In this document: positions 37,807 to 49,228 of the stretch, in pieces
How positions within the stretch are numbered: position 1 is the first letter of the stretch
How the letters are laid out: each line of letters opens with the position of its first letter
DNA from: Muribaculaceae bacterium
GTDB lineage: Bacteria > Bacteroidota > Bacteroidia > Bacteroidales > Muribaculaceae
NCBI GenBank assembly: GCA_029061225.1
Contig: JAIDSM010000122.1
Location: forward strand, 1,909 to 65,908
DNA length: 64,000 nucleotides
Direction: 5' to 3'
Notes under the pieces: generated by a model
The model's database searches: none
What the model was told of the DNA's origin: nothing
The model's input: the letters and a program-made list of their open reading frames with translations, nothing else
Program-made: the position numbers and the translations under genes

Positions 37807-39774
37807 ATGGACCAGAATCAAGATATAGAAATCATAGATGTTCCGCAAGATTCAGAGGCTTCGCCTGAGATGAAGACCTTTGCCGACCTTGGAGTTGCAC
37901 CCGAGCTTCTGAAGGCTATAGGAGAGCTCGGTTTCGAGCATCCGATGCCGATACAGGAGATGGTGATCCCTCATCTGATATCTAAGGAGGGTGATGTGGT
38001 CGGACTTGCACAGACAGGTACCGGAAAAACGGCAGCTTTCGGACTTCCCTTGCTACAACGTATAGATCCGGACAGCGAAGCCACGCAGGCTCTCGTCATT
38101 GCTCCTACACGTGAACTTTGCCTTCAGATTGCAGGTGATCTCGCAGACTTTGCGAAATATCTCGACGGAGTCAAGATAATCCCCGTCTATGGCGGAAGCA
38201 GCATCGACTCTCAGATAAAGGCTATCAAGAAGGGCGCTCAGGTGATAGTGGCCACTCCGGGGCGACTCATCGACCTCATAAAGAGGGGAGTGGTGAAGCT
38301 GCAGGATGTCAATACAGTGATTCTTGACGAGGCCGACGAGATGCTCAATATGGGTTTTATCGACGATATCAACGAGATTCTGTCGCATGTCCCTGAGAAT
38401 AGGAAGATGCTCATGTTCTCCGCTACCATGCCCAAGGAGATCGCCGGGATAGCTCGTAAGTTCATGAAAGACCCGGTTGAGTTTGTAGCCGGAAACAAGA
38501 ACGAAGGCTCGAAAAATGTCAAGCATGTCTACTACATGGTTAAGGCTCATGACAAGTATCTCGCACTGAAACGTGTGGCCGATAACAACCCTGATATCTA
38601 CGGAATAATATTCTGCCGTACGAAGAAGGAAACGCAGGAAATCGCTGATAAGCTTATTGCTGACGGATACAACGCTGACTGCCTTCACGGCGACCTTTCT
38701 CAGGCTCAGCGCGACCTAGCCATGAAGAAATTCCGCGACCACGTCACTCAGCTGCTCGTAGCTACGGATGTCGCGGCCCGAGGACTCGACGTCGACGACC
38801 TTACGCATGTCATCAACTATGGTCTGCCCGATGATGTGGCCGTATATACGCATCGTTCTGGACGTACCGGACGAGCAAATAAGACAGGAGTCTCGGTGGC
38901 CATCATCCACTCACGAGAGCGCAGCAAGCTTCGTGAGATAGAGAAACGCATAGGAAAGACTTTCGAATATAAGAAAGTGCCGACTCCCGACCATATAATC
39001 GAGAAGCAGATATATCACCTTGCCGACCGTATCGAGCGTGTAGCCGTTGACGATGAGCAGATACAGAAATTCCTTCCCGGAGTGCGTAAGAAACTTGAGT
39101 GGCTTTCTGAGGAAGATTTGCTCAAACGTGTGCTTTCGCTCGAATTCAACCGACTTCTTGACTACTATCGGGATATGCCTGATATTGATCTCAATGCAGA
39201 TGCCAAGAGAGACCGGGCGGAGAGCGGAGAGCGTAGAGACCGCAAGGGAAAGGGAGAGCGTCGTGAACGCGGGGATAAGGACCGCCGCACAGCTGAAGAC
39301 GGCTATGAGCGACTGATGGTCAATATCGGAAAGGCAGCCGGATTTTTCCCGGGAAATCTTATGGAGCTTATCAATCGCTCTGTAGTGGGAAGCAAGCCTG
39401 AGATCGGTCGTATTGATCTCTTGCCGGAATATACTCTGTTCGACGTTCGCAAGAAGGATGCACGCAAGGTAGTGGACGCTCTTCGCAACGCCGACTTCTT
39501 CGGCCGGAAGGTAAGGGCTGAGTTCGCGACAGACCGGGATTATTCCCGGGAGGCCAAAGACCGTATGAAGAAGGCTGAATTCAAAAAGTCGAAAGCTGAG
39601 AGCGTAGAGCGTAAGTCAAGGAAAGCCGCTAAGACAGCCCGCACCGACTACGAAATGTCGCTTGCAGGCGCGGCGACAGGTAAGAAAAAAGACAAGAAAG
39701 AGAAAAAGTCTAAAAAGGCTGAAGCTCCCAAATCAAAATACAACGGAAATTACGACATATTTAAAAAGAAATGA
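37807..39774 (+). CDS. DEAD-box RNA helicase with DbpA-type RNA-binding domain (DeaD-like)
   Basis: AQTGTGKT, PTREL, DEAD, SAT, HRSGRTGR; basic C-terminal tail. Confidence 0.95.
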   Translation: MDQNQDIEIIDVPQDSEASPEMKTFADLGVAPELLKAIGELGFEHPMPIQEMVIPHLISKEGDVVGLAQTGTGKTAAFGLPLLQRIDPDSEATQALVIAPTRELCLQIAGDLADFAKYLDGVKIIPVYGGSSIDSQIKAIKKGAQVIVATPGRLIDLIKRGVVKLQDVNTVILDEADEMLNMGFIDDINEILSHVPENRKMLMFSATMPKEIAGIARKFMKDPVEFVAGNKNEGSKNVKHVYYMVKAHDKYLALKRVADNNPDIYGIIFCRTKKETQEIADKLIADGYNADCLHGDLSQAQRDLAMKKFRDHVTQLLVATDVAARGLDVDDLTHVINYGLPDDVAVYTHRSGRTGRANKTGVSVAIIHSRERSKLREIEKRIGKTFEYKKVPTPDHIIEKQIYHLADRIERVAVDDEQIQKFLPGVRKKLEWLSEEDLLKRVLSLEFNRLLDYYRDMPDIDLNADAKRDRAESGERRDRKGKGERRERGDKDRRTAEDGYERLMVNIGKAAGFFPGNLMELINRSVVGSKPEIGRIDLLPEYTLFDVRKKDARKVVDALRNADFFGRKVRAEFATDRDYSREAKDRMKKAEFKKSKAESVERKSRKAAKTARTDYEMSLAGAATGKKKDKKEKKSKKAEAPKSKYNGNYDIFKKK

Positions 39775-40460
39775 CACTACATAAGCCAGAATATACGATT
39801 CGAAAATGGCTTATTACGGCCTTCTGCCTCGCGACTATTGTCGCGGGGCATGCCCGTACGACCGCCAAGAACGATTCCGGCCTGACTCTTACAGCTTCGA
39901 AAGTATTCGCAGAGGCACCTCTTGAGATACTCGACCTGCTTCGTCCATCGACACGTCTTGACATGCTTGACTACTATACACAGGCCGACAGTATCCTTTC
40001 AGCTACAAACGCCCTCGGAGAGACGAGCCGTCTTGTGCGGGTGACTCCTGACTATCTAAAGGTGTCTGTCACGCCCGTCAGCTTTCTTGAGATCAAATTG
40101 CTCCCGGTGGGAAATAAACAGATGGTGATGACATTATACACAACCGGCGACGAATCGATGGCGCGTGACACTGAAGTCCGATTCTTTGACTCTCAGCTGA
40201 AACCTCTGGAGACAGGTAAATTCCTTAAGGCTCCTCACCTGAAGGATTTCTTCACTCTCAAGGGAAGCGGAATCGATGGGGATGAGCTTCTGGAAAAGAT
40301 CCCTTATACTGCGGTAGAATATTCTATCGGTCCGGGAGAGGCTCCCCTCACCGCGAAGCTCACTACTCTCCAGTCCATCTCTAAGGAAGTCCGCGACCTT
40401 CTTTCCCCATTCATGCTGCCATCACTCTCTTCGCAATGGAAAGGGGCTTTCAAGTTCTAA
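39771..40460 (+). CDS. DUF3256 family periplasmic protein
   Basis: Signal peptide; RLDMLDY, N.LG, T.DYL motifs. Confidence 0.65.
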   Translation: MTLHKPEYTIRKWLITAFCLATIVAGHARTTAKNDSGLTLTASKVFAEAPLEILDLLRPSTRLDMLDYYTQADSILSATNALGETSRLVRVTPDYLKVSVTPVSFLEIKLLPVGNKQMVMTLYTTGDESMARDTEVRFFDSQLKPLETGKFLKAPHLKDFFTLKGSGIDGDELLEKIPYTAVEYSIGPGEAPLTAKLTTLQSISKEVRDLLSPFMLPSLSSQWKGAFKF

Positions 40461-40491
40461 AATCCAGATTATTATTTCAATTCTCTAATAA

Positions 40492-42042
40492 ATGAAAACA
40501 AGAGTAAGATTTGCTCCATCCCCGACAGGACCGCTCCATATCGGTGGAGTCCGCACAGCACTTTTCAACTATCTTTTCACCCGCCAGCACGGAGGCGATA
40601 TGATTCTCCGCATCGAGGATACCGACAGCCGTCGTTTTGTTCCGGGTGCGGAGGAATACATCTGTGAGAGCCTTGACTGGCTTGGAATAAAGTTTGACGA
40701 AGGAGTTCGCGAAGGTGGCCCACATGGTCCCTACAAGCAAAGCCAGCGTCGCGACATCTACCGTAAATACGCCGATCAGCTCCTTGATGCAGGAAAGGCC
40801 TACATCGCTTTCGACACCCCCGAGGAGCTTGAAGCGGCCCGTGCCGAGAAGCCGAACTTTCAGTATGATGCCCACACGCGTGGTGAGATGCGCAACTCCC
40901 TCACCATGCCGCCCGAGGAAGTGAAACGTCTCATCGATGAGGGCCATCAGTATGTGGTCCGTTTTAAGAATGAGCCTAATGTTGACGTGAAGGTCAACGA
41001 CCTTATCCGAGGAGAAGTGGTCATCAACTCAAATATCATCGACGACAAAGTCCTCTATAAGAGTGCTGACGACCTTCCCACCTACCACCTTGCGAACATC
41101 GTAGACGACCATCTGATGGAGGTGACCCACGTCATACGCGGCGAAGAATGGCTTCCGTCGGCTCCACTCCACGTCCTGCTCTATCAGGCTTTTGGCTGGG
41201 AAGATACGATGCCTCAGTTCGTGCATCTTCCGTTGCTCCTTAAACCTGTGGGCAACGGCAAGCTTTCCAAGCGGGATGGCGACAAGCTGGGATTCCCGGT
41301 CTTCCCGTTGGAGTGGCACGACCCTAAAAGTGGCGAAGTCTCTTCAGGATATCGTGAGAAAGGTTATCTGCCGGAGGCCGTGGTCAATTTCCTTGCCCTA
41401 CTTGGCTGGAATCCCGGTGACGACACAGAGATCATGAGCATGGACGAACTCATCAGTAAGTTCTCTTTCGACCACTGCTCGAAGGCAGGGGCGAAGTTTG
41501 ATTATAAGAAGGGCATATGGTTCAACCATGAATACCTCATGCGTATGGATGACATGGCTCTTGCCGAGCTCTTCATGCCTGTGCTCAAGGAGCGTCTTGC
41601 CGAGAGGGGCCTGAATGCAGATGATTTCGGTATGGATTATGTGGCAAAGGCTGTAGGCATGGTAAAAGGTCGAATCGAATTCGTGCAGGATCTCTGGGAT
41701 CAGGGAGATTTCTTCTTTGTAGCTCCTGAATCGTATGCAGAAAAAGATGTGAAGAAACGCTGGCAGGAAGATACTCCGCGCATCATGGAGGAATTGATCG
41801 GCGTACTTGAGGGAATAGACGACATGTCGTCGGCCAATGCAGAGAAGATCGTACTCGACTGGATTGCAGAGAAAGGATACCATCTCGGCAACGTGATGAA
41901 CGCTTTCCGCCTCGCGGTCGTAGGCGCATGCCGTGGCCCGCATATGTTCGACATCACCGAGCTCATGCCCAAGTCGGAAGTAATCGCACGCATCAGGAAG
42001 GCGATTGCTGTGCTGTCAGGAGGAAAGGCTACTGAGTGTTAA
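40492..42042 (+). CDS. gltX: Glutamate--tRNA ligase
   Basis: [25 protein letters not shown]. Confidence 0.97.
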   Translation: MKTRVRFAPSPTGPLHIGGVRTALFNYLFTRQHGGDMILRIEDTDSRRFVPGAEEYICESLDWLGIKFDEGVREGGPHGPYKQSQRRDIYRKYADQLLDAGKAYIAFDTPEELEAARAEKPNFQYDAHTRGEMRNSLTMPPEEVKRLIDEGHQYVVRFKNEPNVDVKVNDLIRGEVVINSNIIDDKVLYKSADDLPTYHLANIVDDHLMEVTHVIRGEEWLPSAPLHVLLYQAFGWEDTMPQFVHLPLLLKPVGNGKLSKRDGDKLGFPVFPLEWHDPKSGEVSSGYREKGYLPEAVVNFLALLGWNPGDDTEIMSMDELISKFSFDHCSKAGAKFDYKKGIWFNHEYLMRMDDMALAELFMPVLKERLAERGLNADDFGMDYVAKAVGMVKGRIEFVQDLWDQGDFFFVAPESYAEKDVKKRWQEDTPRIMEELIGVLEGIDDMSSANAEKIVLDWIAEKGYHLGNVMNAFRLAVVGACRGPHMFDITELMPKSEVIARIRKAIAVLSGGKATEC

Positions 42043-42151
42043 ATTCCTCCATAGCTAAAACAAGCAATACTGAATGCGCGTTATTCCTTTAAGGGGGAAT
42101 GCGCGCATTTCTCTTTTATCAAGCAACATTAACATTCAAAATAAGTGAAGA

Positions 42152-44041
42152 ATGAAAAAATCATTACTGCTTTCAGCAGCTTTCATCGTGGCTGCTTCAG
42201 GTTTTGCATTTCAGAATGCCAGACCTTTGTTGAAAGGCAATGACATGTATAGTGTCGGTCCTACTGCTTCTCCCGCTTCCTCTTCGTCGTCAAGTTATAC
42301 AAGAGCTTCAGGGGCGATTGATTTTTCGTATGCTCAAGGCGTAGAAAACGCGCTCAGTCTGAATGGAACTACCGGAGGCAAGACTCGCGTATTCATGTCG
42401 TTTCAGATGACTCCGGAGGACATCAAGGCTTATGCGGGATCAAAGGTGACAGGTTTTACTGTTTATAGCCCTACCGGAAATTCTGGCACTAATTCAATCG
42501 CATCCGGACGCTTCTTCTATACTACAACCCTCCGGAGTGAGGATTATACTCAGGAATTTGACTTCTCAAAGTCAGGTTATGCTAAGAATGATATTTCTCT
42601 TGATACGCCATACACCATTACAGGAGAGGAAGGGCTACTGGTTTTTGGCTACAGCTTGATCGTGCCTCGAAGTGATAATATGTATTATGTGCCTATTGAC
42701 GGAGTGCCAAATGACAATCCCGGTACATGTTTGATCAATACCAGCAATACGGATGCATTTCCTTCTGGAGAATGGATGAGCCCGTCTTCTATGTATGGAG
42801 CTCTTTCTATGGCGATAAGGCTTGAAGGCGATAATCTGCCGGAAAACCAGGCTTCAATAGTCGAGATTGACGTTCCTCCATATTTGCCGGTGAGTGGAAA
42901 GGGTACTGATGTGGCCTTCCTTGTAAAGAATGTTGCAGCCAATGCGTTGTCTTCAGTAGAAGCTACTGTGTCTGTCACTGGAATGCCTGATATGGTTCAG
43001 TCCTTTGAATTTTCTCCGATTTCTTTCGGAAACACAACTGTTTTGGTATTCAATGGTGTAAAGGCAAATCAAAAGGCTTTTGTAGATTTCTCAATGCAGT
43101 TGACCAAGGTCAATGGCGAGCCGTATGATGGAACTATGGTCAGGGCCACTGTCCCTGCATATGAAGAGGGCTTCCTCAAGAAGATTGTAGCCGAAGACGC
43201 TACAGGTACGTGGTGTGGCTGGTGTCCGGGTGGAATCGAGGCTCTTGAATATCTCAAGAAGACCTATCCCGACAGGGCTATTGCGATAGGCGTGCATAAT
43301 GAGGACGATATGGCGATAAATGAATATCAGAAGTTTATAAATGAATATGTCGGCGGATTCCCCACTGTGATATACAACAGAATGATCAGCCAGACACCGA
43401 CGTTTCCTTACACTCAGGTTTGTGATTTTATCGATCAGGTTGCGGCATATCTGGATTTCCCCTCTTATGCGGAGGTTTCGCTTGAGGGCCTGCCCGGTTC
43501 TGACGAGGAAACAGCTTCAGTAAAGGCTTCTACGAGATTTGCTATCGGAACTTCGGTTCCCCATTACCTGTCTTTTGTTGTGGTTGAGGACAATGTCGGT
43601 CCATATGTGCAGCAAAATTATTTCCCCAGTCAGAGAGTGCCTATGAATGGTTGGGAAACAAAGGGGTCTGCTGTCAAGACCATGTTCAATGACGTAGCTC
43701 GTTACTATAATTGTTATCCTGGTATTGCAAATAGTCTGCCGTCTGTTGTAGAAAGTGATAGAGTATATGAATATTCCATTGATATTCCTTTATCTAATGT
43801 CAAAGGAAACGATTTTCGTGTGATTGCCATGCTTTCCAATGCAGCGACAGGTGAGATCGTCAATGCTTGTGAATTCAGTATGTCCAAGGACTCCGCATCC
43901 AGTGCGGTAGAAGGTATCGAAAACTCCGACAGCATGCCGGCGGAATACTATAATCTCAATGGCGTAAGGGTGGCAAAGCCCACAGAAGGCATCTTCATCC
44001 GCCGTCAGGGTGATAAAACCGAAAAGGTAATCGTGAAATAA
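42152..44041 (+). CDS. Omp28-related secreted protein with thioredoxin-like CxxC and T9SS signal
   Basis: Signal peptide; EDATGTWCGWCP; GGFP; C-terminus YYNLNGVRV...GIFIRRQG...KVIVK. Confidence 0.8.
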   Translation: MKKSLLLSAAFIVAASGFAFQNARPLLKGNDMYSVGPTASPASSSSSSYTRASGAIDFSYAQGVENALSLNGTTGGKTRVFMSFQMTPEDIKAYAGSKVTGFTVYSPTGNSGTNSIASGRFFYTTTLRSEDYTQEFDFSKSGYAKNDISLDTPYTITGEEGLLVFGYSLIVPRSDNMYYVPIDGVPNDNPGTCLINTSNTDAFPSGEWMSPSSMYGALSMAIRLEGDNLPENQASIVEIDVPPYLPVSGKGTDVAFLVKNVAANALSSVEATVSVTGMPDMVQSFEFSPISFGNTTVLVFNGVKANQKAFVDFSMQLTKVNGEPYDGTMVRATVPAYEEGFLKKIVAEDATGTWCGWCPGGIEALEYLKKTYPDRAIAIGVHNEDDMAINEYQKFINEYVGGFPTVIYNRMISQTPTFPYTQVCDFIDQVAAYLDFPSYAEVSLEGLPGSDEETASVKASTRFAIGTSVPHYLSFVVVEDNVGPYVQQNYFPSQRVPMNGWETKGSAVKTMFNDVARYYNCYPGIANSLPSVVESDRVYEYSIDIPLSNVKGNDFRVIAMLSNAATGEIVNACEFSMSKDSASSAVEGIENSDSMPAEYYNLNGVRVAKPTEGIFIRRQGDKTEKVIVK

Positions 44042-44228
44042 TCTGTCTCCTTCGACAGAGAATCTTGTAGCCCCGAGTGAAAACTCGGGGCTAACCGTAT
44101 CCATAACGTAGATCTTTGAAATGCAGTTGCGCGGGGTCTTCCCGTGTAGGGCGTATTTTTACAATAAAGCAGGCTTGTAATCCGTTTATAAGTTGGGTTA
44201 ACCGACCTAATAATCAAAAAATACTAAT

Positions 44229-46082
44229 ATGAAGAAACTTTTACTTTCGATGATGCTGGGTGGCGCGCTGCTTGGCAATGCTGAGACCACAACAGCCGAT
44301 TTTTCATATATCGACGGTGTCGAAGATTACTTCGGAATGGGACCTAACTATAAAACAGAGGTCTACGATGTCGCTATATTTCTTCCCGGCAACGTGTTCA
44401 GCGGATATACCATCAAGGACATCAAAATGCCGGTCCGTAATATATCCGGTATAGAAAATTATGGAGCCCCCACGGTATGGCTTTCAACTGAGCTTAAGAC
44501 CACGTCGAACAAGAACGTTCCCGATATAGGCACTTATGACGCTTCGATTTCTATGGTAGGTGATGAAGCAGTGCTTGCAGGTACGCTGCCGGAATCCTAT
44601 ACGATTGGTGACAAAGGAGTATATGTGGGTGTCACCGTCAATGTCCTTAAACAGGATGACAGCACTGCCTATCCCATATCGTTAGGTGCATCCGACACTC
44701 CAAGTTCCTTCTGGCTTCATATTCCCTCGTTTCAGACATATGTAAGATGGACAAACGGATACGATAAGTTTGGCTACGGATGTGGAATAAGCGTGACCAT
44801 TGACAACGTGCCTCCTCATGATGTGAGGATCGTGAATATTCCGTCAGACATATATACTTCTATAGATACTCCGGTAACAGTCGACATGGAGCTTTCAGCC
44901 GTAGGCTCACAGGAGGTCAACTCTGTAGATTTCGAATATGAGATTGGAGGGAAACCTTATACATATCATTATGATTTACCTAAGGCTTTGCCTGCAGGAA
45001 TAGGCAATAAGATCAACGTGCCGATTGAGATTCCGGCCCAGAGCGAGCCGACAGTTGAGGAGGTGGCATTCAAGGTCACGAAAGTAAACGGTGAGGCGAA
45101 TACCGACCAGGCTACCGCTGTAGCATCGCTTTATGTGTTGAAGACCATGCCGGTACGTCAGACTCTGATGGAAGAATACACTGGAACATGGTGCGGATAC
45201 TGCACCCGTGGATATGCCGCCCTCGAATACATCAAGGAGAATCATCCTGATTTCGTGGTTGCCGCTTTCCATGGCACCAACGGGACAGGCGTTGATCCAA
45301 TGATCATCACTTCCAAATTACCTCAGCAGCCCCAGAAAGGTTATCCCGGAGCATGGCTCAACAGGGCGGTTGGAGCCGATCCATACTTCGGTGTCAGTGC
45401 TCAAAGCAATGGTTTCGAGATAGTGAATGATATTCTCGCACTTAATGCCCAGTTCACGCCATGGAGCGTAAGCGTATCCCATACATGGACTTCCGACGAT
45501 GTGCTGACCGCCACAGCGAATCTCACCAATGTGATAGGTTATGAGTCGGGGAAGTATAAGATGGTGTATCTACTGGTAGCCGACGGCCTGACCGGAACCG
45601 GTAGGAACTGGGTGCAAACTAACTACTACAATAGTGAGCTGCCTCATTATATTGAGCAGCTGAACGCTTTCTGCAGAGGAGGTGAATACGGCAAGGCATC
45701 CGTCGCTGGTCTTGTCTTCAATGACGTGGTGATATCCACTACCGGTATCTACGGTGTCGACGGAAGCATCCCCGCGTCGCTGGAGAAGGATAGCTCAGTG
45801 ACCCACAGCATAGAATTTGACCTTTCAAAAATTTCCGAAACCCTTCTCCCTGATAAGAATAAGCTCCGTGTCATCGCGGCTGTCATCGATGGATCGGGAA
45901 AAGTGCTCAACTGTGCTAAAGACGAGGTCAACGATTATGTCGGTGCCGGTGTGGAGTCGATAGGCGATCCGAATGCCCCGGTAGAATTCTACAACCTCAA
46001 CGGCGTGAAAGTGGCTGAGCCTTCAGAGGGTATCTTCATACGCCGTCAGGGAGGCAAGGCTGAAAAGGTAATAATTAAGTGA
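44229..46082 (+). CDS. Omp28-related secreted protein (paralog) with CxxC and T9SS signal
   Basis: EEYTGTWCGYCTRG; GYP; C-terminus FYNLNGVKV...GIFIRRQG...KVIIK. Confidence 0.8.
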   Translation: MKKLLLSMMLGGALLGNAETTTADFSYIDGVEDYFGMGPNYKTEVYDVAIFLPGNVFSGYTIKDIKMPVRNISGIENYGAPTVWLSTELKTTSNKNVPDIGTYDASISMVGDEAVLAGTLPESYTIGDKGVYVGVTVNVLKQDDSTAYPISLGASDTPSSFWLHIPSFQTYVRWTNGYDKFGYGCGISVTIDNVPPHDVRIVNIPSDIYTSIDTPVTVDMELSAVGSQEVNSVDFEYEIGGKPYTYHYDLPKALPAGIGNKINVPIEIPAQSEPTVEEVAFKVTKVNGEANTDQATAVASLYVLKTMPVRQTLMEEYTGTWCGYCTRGYAALEYIKENHPDFVVAAFHGTNGTGVDPMIITSKLPQQPQKGYPGAWLNRAVGADPYFGVSAQSNGFEIVNDILALNAQFTPWSVSVSHTWTSDDVLTATANLTNVIGYESGKYKMVYLLVADGLTGTGRNWVQTNYYNSELPHYIEQLNAFCRGGEYGKASVAGLVFNDVVISTTGIYGVDGSIPASLEKDSSVTHSIEFDLSKISETLLPDKNKLRVIAAVIDGSGKVLNCAKDEVNDYVGAGVESIGDPNAPVEFYNLNGVKVAEPSEGIFIRRQGGKAEKVIIK

Positions 46083-46353
46083 CTAAAAAGTAGTTCAGCC
46101 TACAAATTGAATTGCAATGGCCTCATCCTGCCTGGATGAGGCCTTCATTATCTCCTGCAGCATGGCATGCATTTGCAATTCAATTGAATTTTATCATTTT
46201 TTTATATGATAATTTTGTGGATGTCGGAATTTATTTGTATTTTTGCATCGCAATTGCGCAGAGTTAGTAACAACCTTATAAACGCAACACTTAAATCAAC
46301 GGCGACACAAGAAAATGGCAGCGATGTCATGCGCCAACCTTAAACAAAAAACA

Positions 46354-47805
46354 ATGGAAGAGAAGAAACCAAAGAGACCCAGAATCGGAGCACTGCCTAC
46401 CACTTCAGAAAACACGGAAAACAAAGATCAGTATTTTCAGTCAAGACCATATAAAGGCACAGAACGTCCTGATTTCGGACAGCGTGGATTCCAGCCAAGA
46501 CCACGCACTTACCAGAACAGCTACTCGAATTCATACCGCAACGCGGAGGATGGCGGCTACAGCCGTCAGACTCGTCCGGCATATCAGCAGCGTCAGAACT
46601 CTTATGGCAACCGCTCTTATCAGAACGGCAACTCCAACGGAGAAGGCTATAAGAGATACAATACAGATTCCGACAGCCAGAATACCTCTTCGGAAAACAC
46701 CTATCAGCAGAATCAGACAGAAGGAGGTAGCCAGCAGAACGGCTACAACCGTCAGAATAATTACAACCGTCAGGGTGGCCAGATGAATGGCTATGGCCGT
46801 CAGATGGGTGGTTACAACCGCCAGAACAATAACCGTCAGGGTGGCTACAGCCGTCAGGGTGGCCAGCAGGGCGGTTATCAGAACCGTCAGCAGGGCGGAT
46901 ATGGCCGTCAGGGTGGCCAGCAGGGCGGCTATCAGAACCGTCAGCAGGGCGGATATGGCCGTCAGGGTGGCCAGCAGGGCGGATTCCAGAAGCGTCAGAA
47001 CGGATTCCAGAAGAACCAGAAACCCGGAATGAAGTTCACTCCGCGTCCTCGTCAGATCGACTACGTTATAGACGATATCGATCCGAACGAACCGATCAGA
47101 CTCAACAAATTTATGGCTAACTCCGGCATCTGCTCGCGCCGCGAGGCCGACGAGAAGATCCAGGCCGGTCTTGTCACCGTCAACGACGTTGTCGTGACTG
47201 AACTCGGCACAAAGATTAACCGCGACGATGTGGTCAAGTGCGAAGACAAGGTCGTGACTCCGGAGCGTAAGTGCTATGTGCTACTCAACAAGCCGAAAGA
47301 CTGCGTGACTACAAGCGACGATCCTAACGGACGCATGACGGTGCTCGACGTTGTCAAGGGTGCCTGCCGCGAGAGAATATATCCGGTCGGCCGACTTGAC
47401 CGCAACACCACCGGCGTTCTCCTGCTTACGAACGATGGCGAACTTGCCTCCAAGCTTACACATCCGAAATTTGTCAAGAAGAAGATCTATCATGTATGGA
47501 CCGACAAAGACATCACCGAGGAGGATATGCAGCGTATCGCCGACGGCATACAGCTTGAGGACGGCGATATACACGCCGACGCCATCTCTTACGCCAACGA
47601 CACAGACCGCAATCAGGCCGGCATCGAGATCCACAGCGGACGTAACCGTATCGTACGCCGCATCTTCGAGCACCTCGGCTATCGTGTGACAAAGCTTGAC
47701 CGCGTATATTTCGCCGGCCTTACTAAGAAGAATCTCCCGCGCGGACGCTGGAGATACCTCACTCAGGAAGAAGTCAACTTCCTGCGTATGGGCTCATTTG
47801 AATAA
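46354..47805 (+). CDS. rluB: RluB/RsuA-family pseudouridine synthase with long low-complexity N-terminus
   Basis: S4 domain [35 protein letters not shown]; likely start MEEKK at 46354. Confidence 0.85.
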   Translation: MEEKKPKRPRIGALPTTSENTENKDQYFQSRPYKGTERPDFGQRGFQPRPRTYQNSYSNSYRNAEDGGYSRQTRPAYQQRQNSYGNRSYQNGNSNGEGYKRYNTDSDSQNTSSENTYQQNQTEGGSQQNGYNRQNNYNRQGGQMNGYGRQMGGYNRQNNNRQGGYSRQGGQQGGYQNRQQGGYGRQGGQQGGYQNRQQGGYGRQGGQQGGFQKRQNGFQKNQKPGMKFTPRPRQIDYVIDDIDPNEPIRLNKFMANSGICSRREADEKIQAGLVTVNDVVVTELGTKINRDDVVKCEDKVVTPERKCYVLLNKPKDCVTTSDDPNGRMTVLDVVKGACRERIYPVGRLDRNTTGVLLLTNDGELASKLTHPKFVKKKIYHVWTDKDITEEDMQRIADGIQLEDGDIHADAISYANDTDRNQAGIEIHSGRNRIVRRIFEHLGYRVTKLDRVYFAGLTKKNLPRGRWRYLTQEEVNFLRMGSFE

Positions 47806-47827
47806 TCATCAGAAACCAAACCATAAA

Positions 47828-49225
47828 ATGCAGAACATCAAACGTACGACCGTCAAGGCGCTTCTCTCCGATCCTGAAAAATATATCGGCACTGAAGTCG
47901 ACGTCAAAGGCTGGGTTCGATCCCGCCGAGGCAACAAAAACGTCGCTTTCATAGCCCTTAACGACGGTTCTTCCATAAAGAACGTTCAGGTAGTGGTAGA
48001 CTTCGCGAAGATTCCAGAGGAGTCTCTTAAGGATATCACGACCGGAGCCTCCATCCATGTGCAGGGTCAGGCAGTGGCCTCCCAGGGAAAAGGACAGGCA
48101 ATAGAGGTGCAGGCCGACGAGATAGAAATCTACGGAAAGGCCGATGTGGCTGAATACCCGCTTCAGAAGAAAGGTCACTCTCTGGAATTCCTCCGCGAGA
48201 TAGCTCATCTGCGTCCACGTACGAATACATTCGGAGCGGTGCTCCGAATTCGTCACGCTCTGGCTTACGCCATCCACAAGTTCTTCAACGACAAGGGCTT
48301 CTATTACTTCCACACTCCGCTCATCACGGCCTCTGACTGCGAAGGTGCGGGCGCTCAGTTCCAGGTGACCACCCTTCCCCTCGAAGACCTTCCGAAGACA
48401 AAAGACGGCAAGACCGACTATTCTCAGGATTTCTTCGGCAAGATGGCTTCGCTCACTGTCAGCGGACAGCTCGAAGGTGAGCTTGGCGCCACCGCACTCG
48501 GATGCATCTATACGTTCGGCCCGACTTTCCGCGCAGAGAACTCCAACACTCCGCGCCACCTCTCTGAGTTCTGGATGATTGAGCCGGAGATGGCCTTCTA
48601 TGAGATAGAGGATAACATGGAACTGGCTGAGGAATTCATCAAATACTGCATCAAGTATGCGCTTGAACACTGCAAGGACGACATCGAGTTTCTCAACGAG
48701 CATTTCGACAAGGAACTCATCGATCGCCTGAACTTCGTGGTGGAAAACGATTTCGTACGCCTTCCTTATACCGAGGGAATCAAGATTCTCGAGGAGAGCG
48801 GCAAGAAATTCGAATTCCCTGTCTATTGGGGCGTCGATCTCGCTTCGGAGCACGAACGCTATCTTGTGGAGCAGCACTTCAAGAAGCCCGTAATACTTAC
48901 CGATTATCCTAAGGAAATCAAGGCTTTCTATATGAAGCTTAACGACGACGGCAAGACCGTACGAGCGATGGACGTTCTTTTCCCGAAGATCGGCGAGATC
49001 ATCGGCGGCAGCCAGCGTGAGGAGAACTACGATAAACTAAAGCAGCGTATGGCCGATCAGGGACTCGAAGGCATGGACTGGTATCTCGACACCCGCAAGT
49101 TCGGTACAGTGCCTCACAGTGGGTTCGGACTCGGATTCGAGCGTCTGATCCTCTTCGTGACCGGCATGCAGAACATCCGCGACGTGATTCCCTTCCCCCG
49201 CTATCCGAACAACTGCGAATTCTAA
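47828..49225 (+). CDS. asnS: Asparagine--tRNA ligase
   Basis: [44 protein letters not shown]; start MQNIK. Confidence 0.96.
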   Translation: MQNIKRTTVKALLSDPEKYIGTEVDVKGWVRSRRGNKNVAFIALNDGSSIKNVQVVVDFAKIPEESLKDITTGASIHVQGQAVASQGKGQAIEVQADEIEIYGKADVAEYPLQKKGHSLEFLREIAHLRPRTNTFGAVLRIRHALAYAIHKFFNDKGFYYFHTPLITASDCEGAGAQFQVTTLPLEDLPKTKDGKTDYSQDFFGKMASLTVSGQLEGELGATALGCIYTFGPTFRAENSNTPRHLSEFWMIEPEMAFYEIEDNMELAEEFIKYCIKYALEHCKDDIEFLNEHFDKELIDRLNFVVENDFVRLPYTEGIKILEESGKKFEFPVYWGVDLASEHERYLVEQHFKKPVILTDYPKEIKAFYMKLNDDGKTVRAMDVLFPKIGEIIGGSQREENYDKLKQRMADQGLEGMDWYLDTRKFGTVPHSGFGLGFERLILFVTGMQNIRDVIPFPRYPNNCEF

Positions 49226-49228
49226 ACG

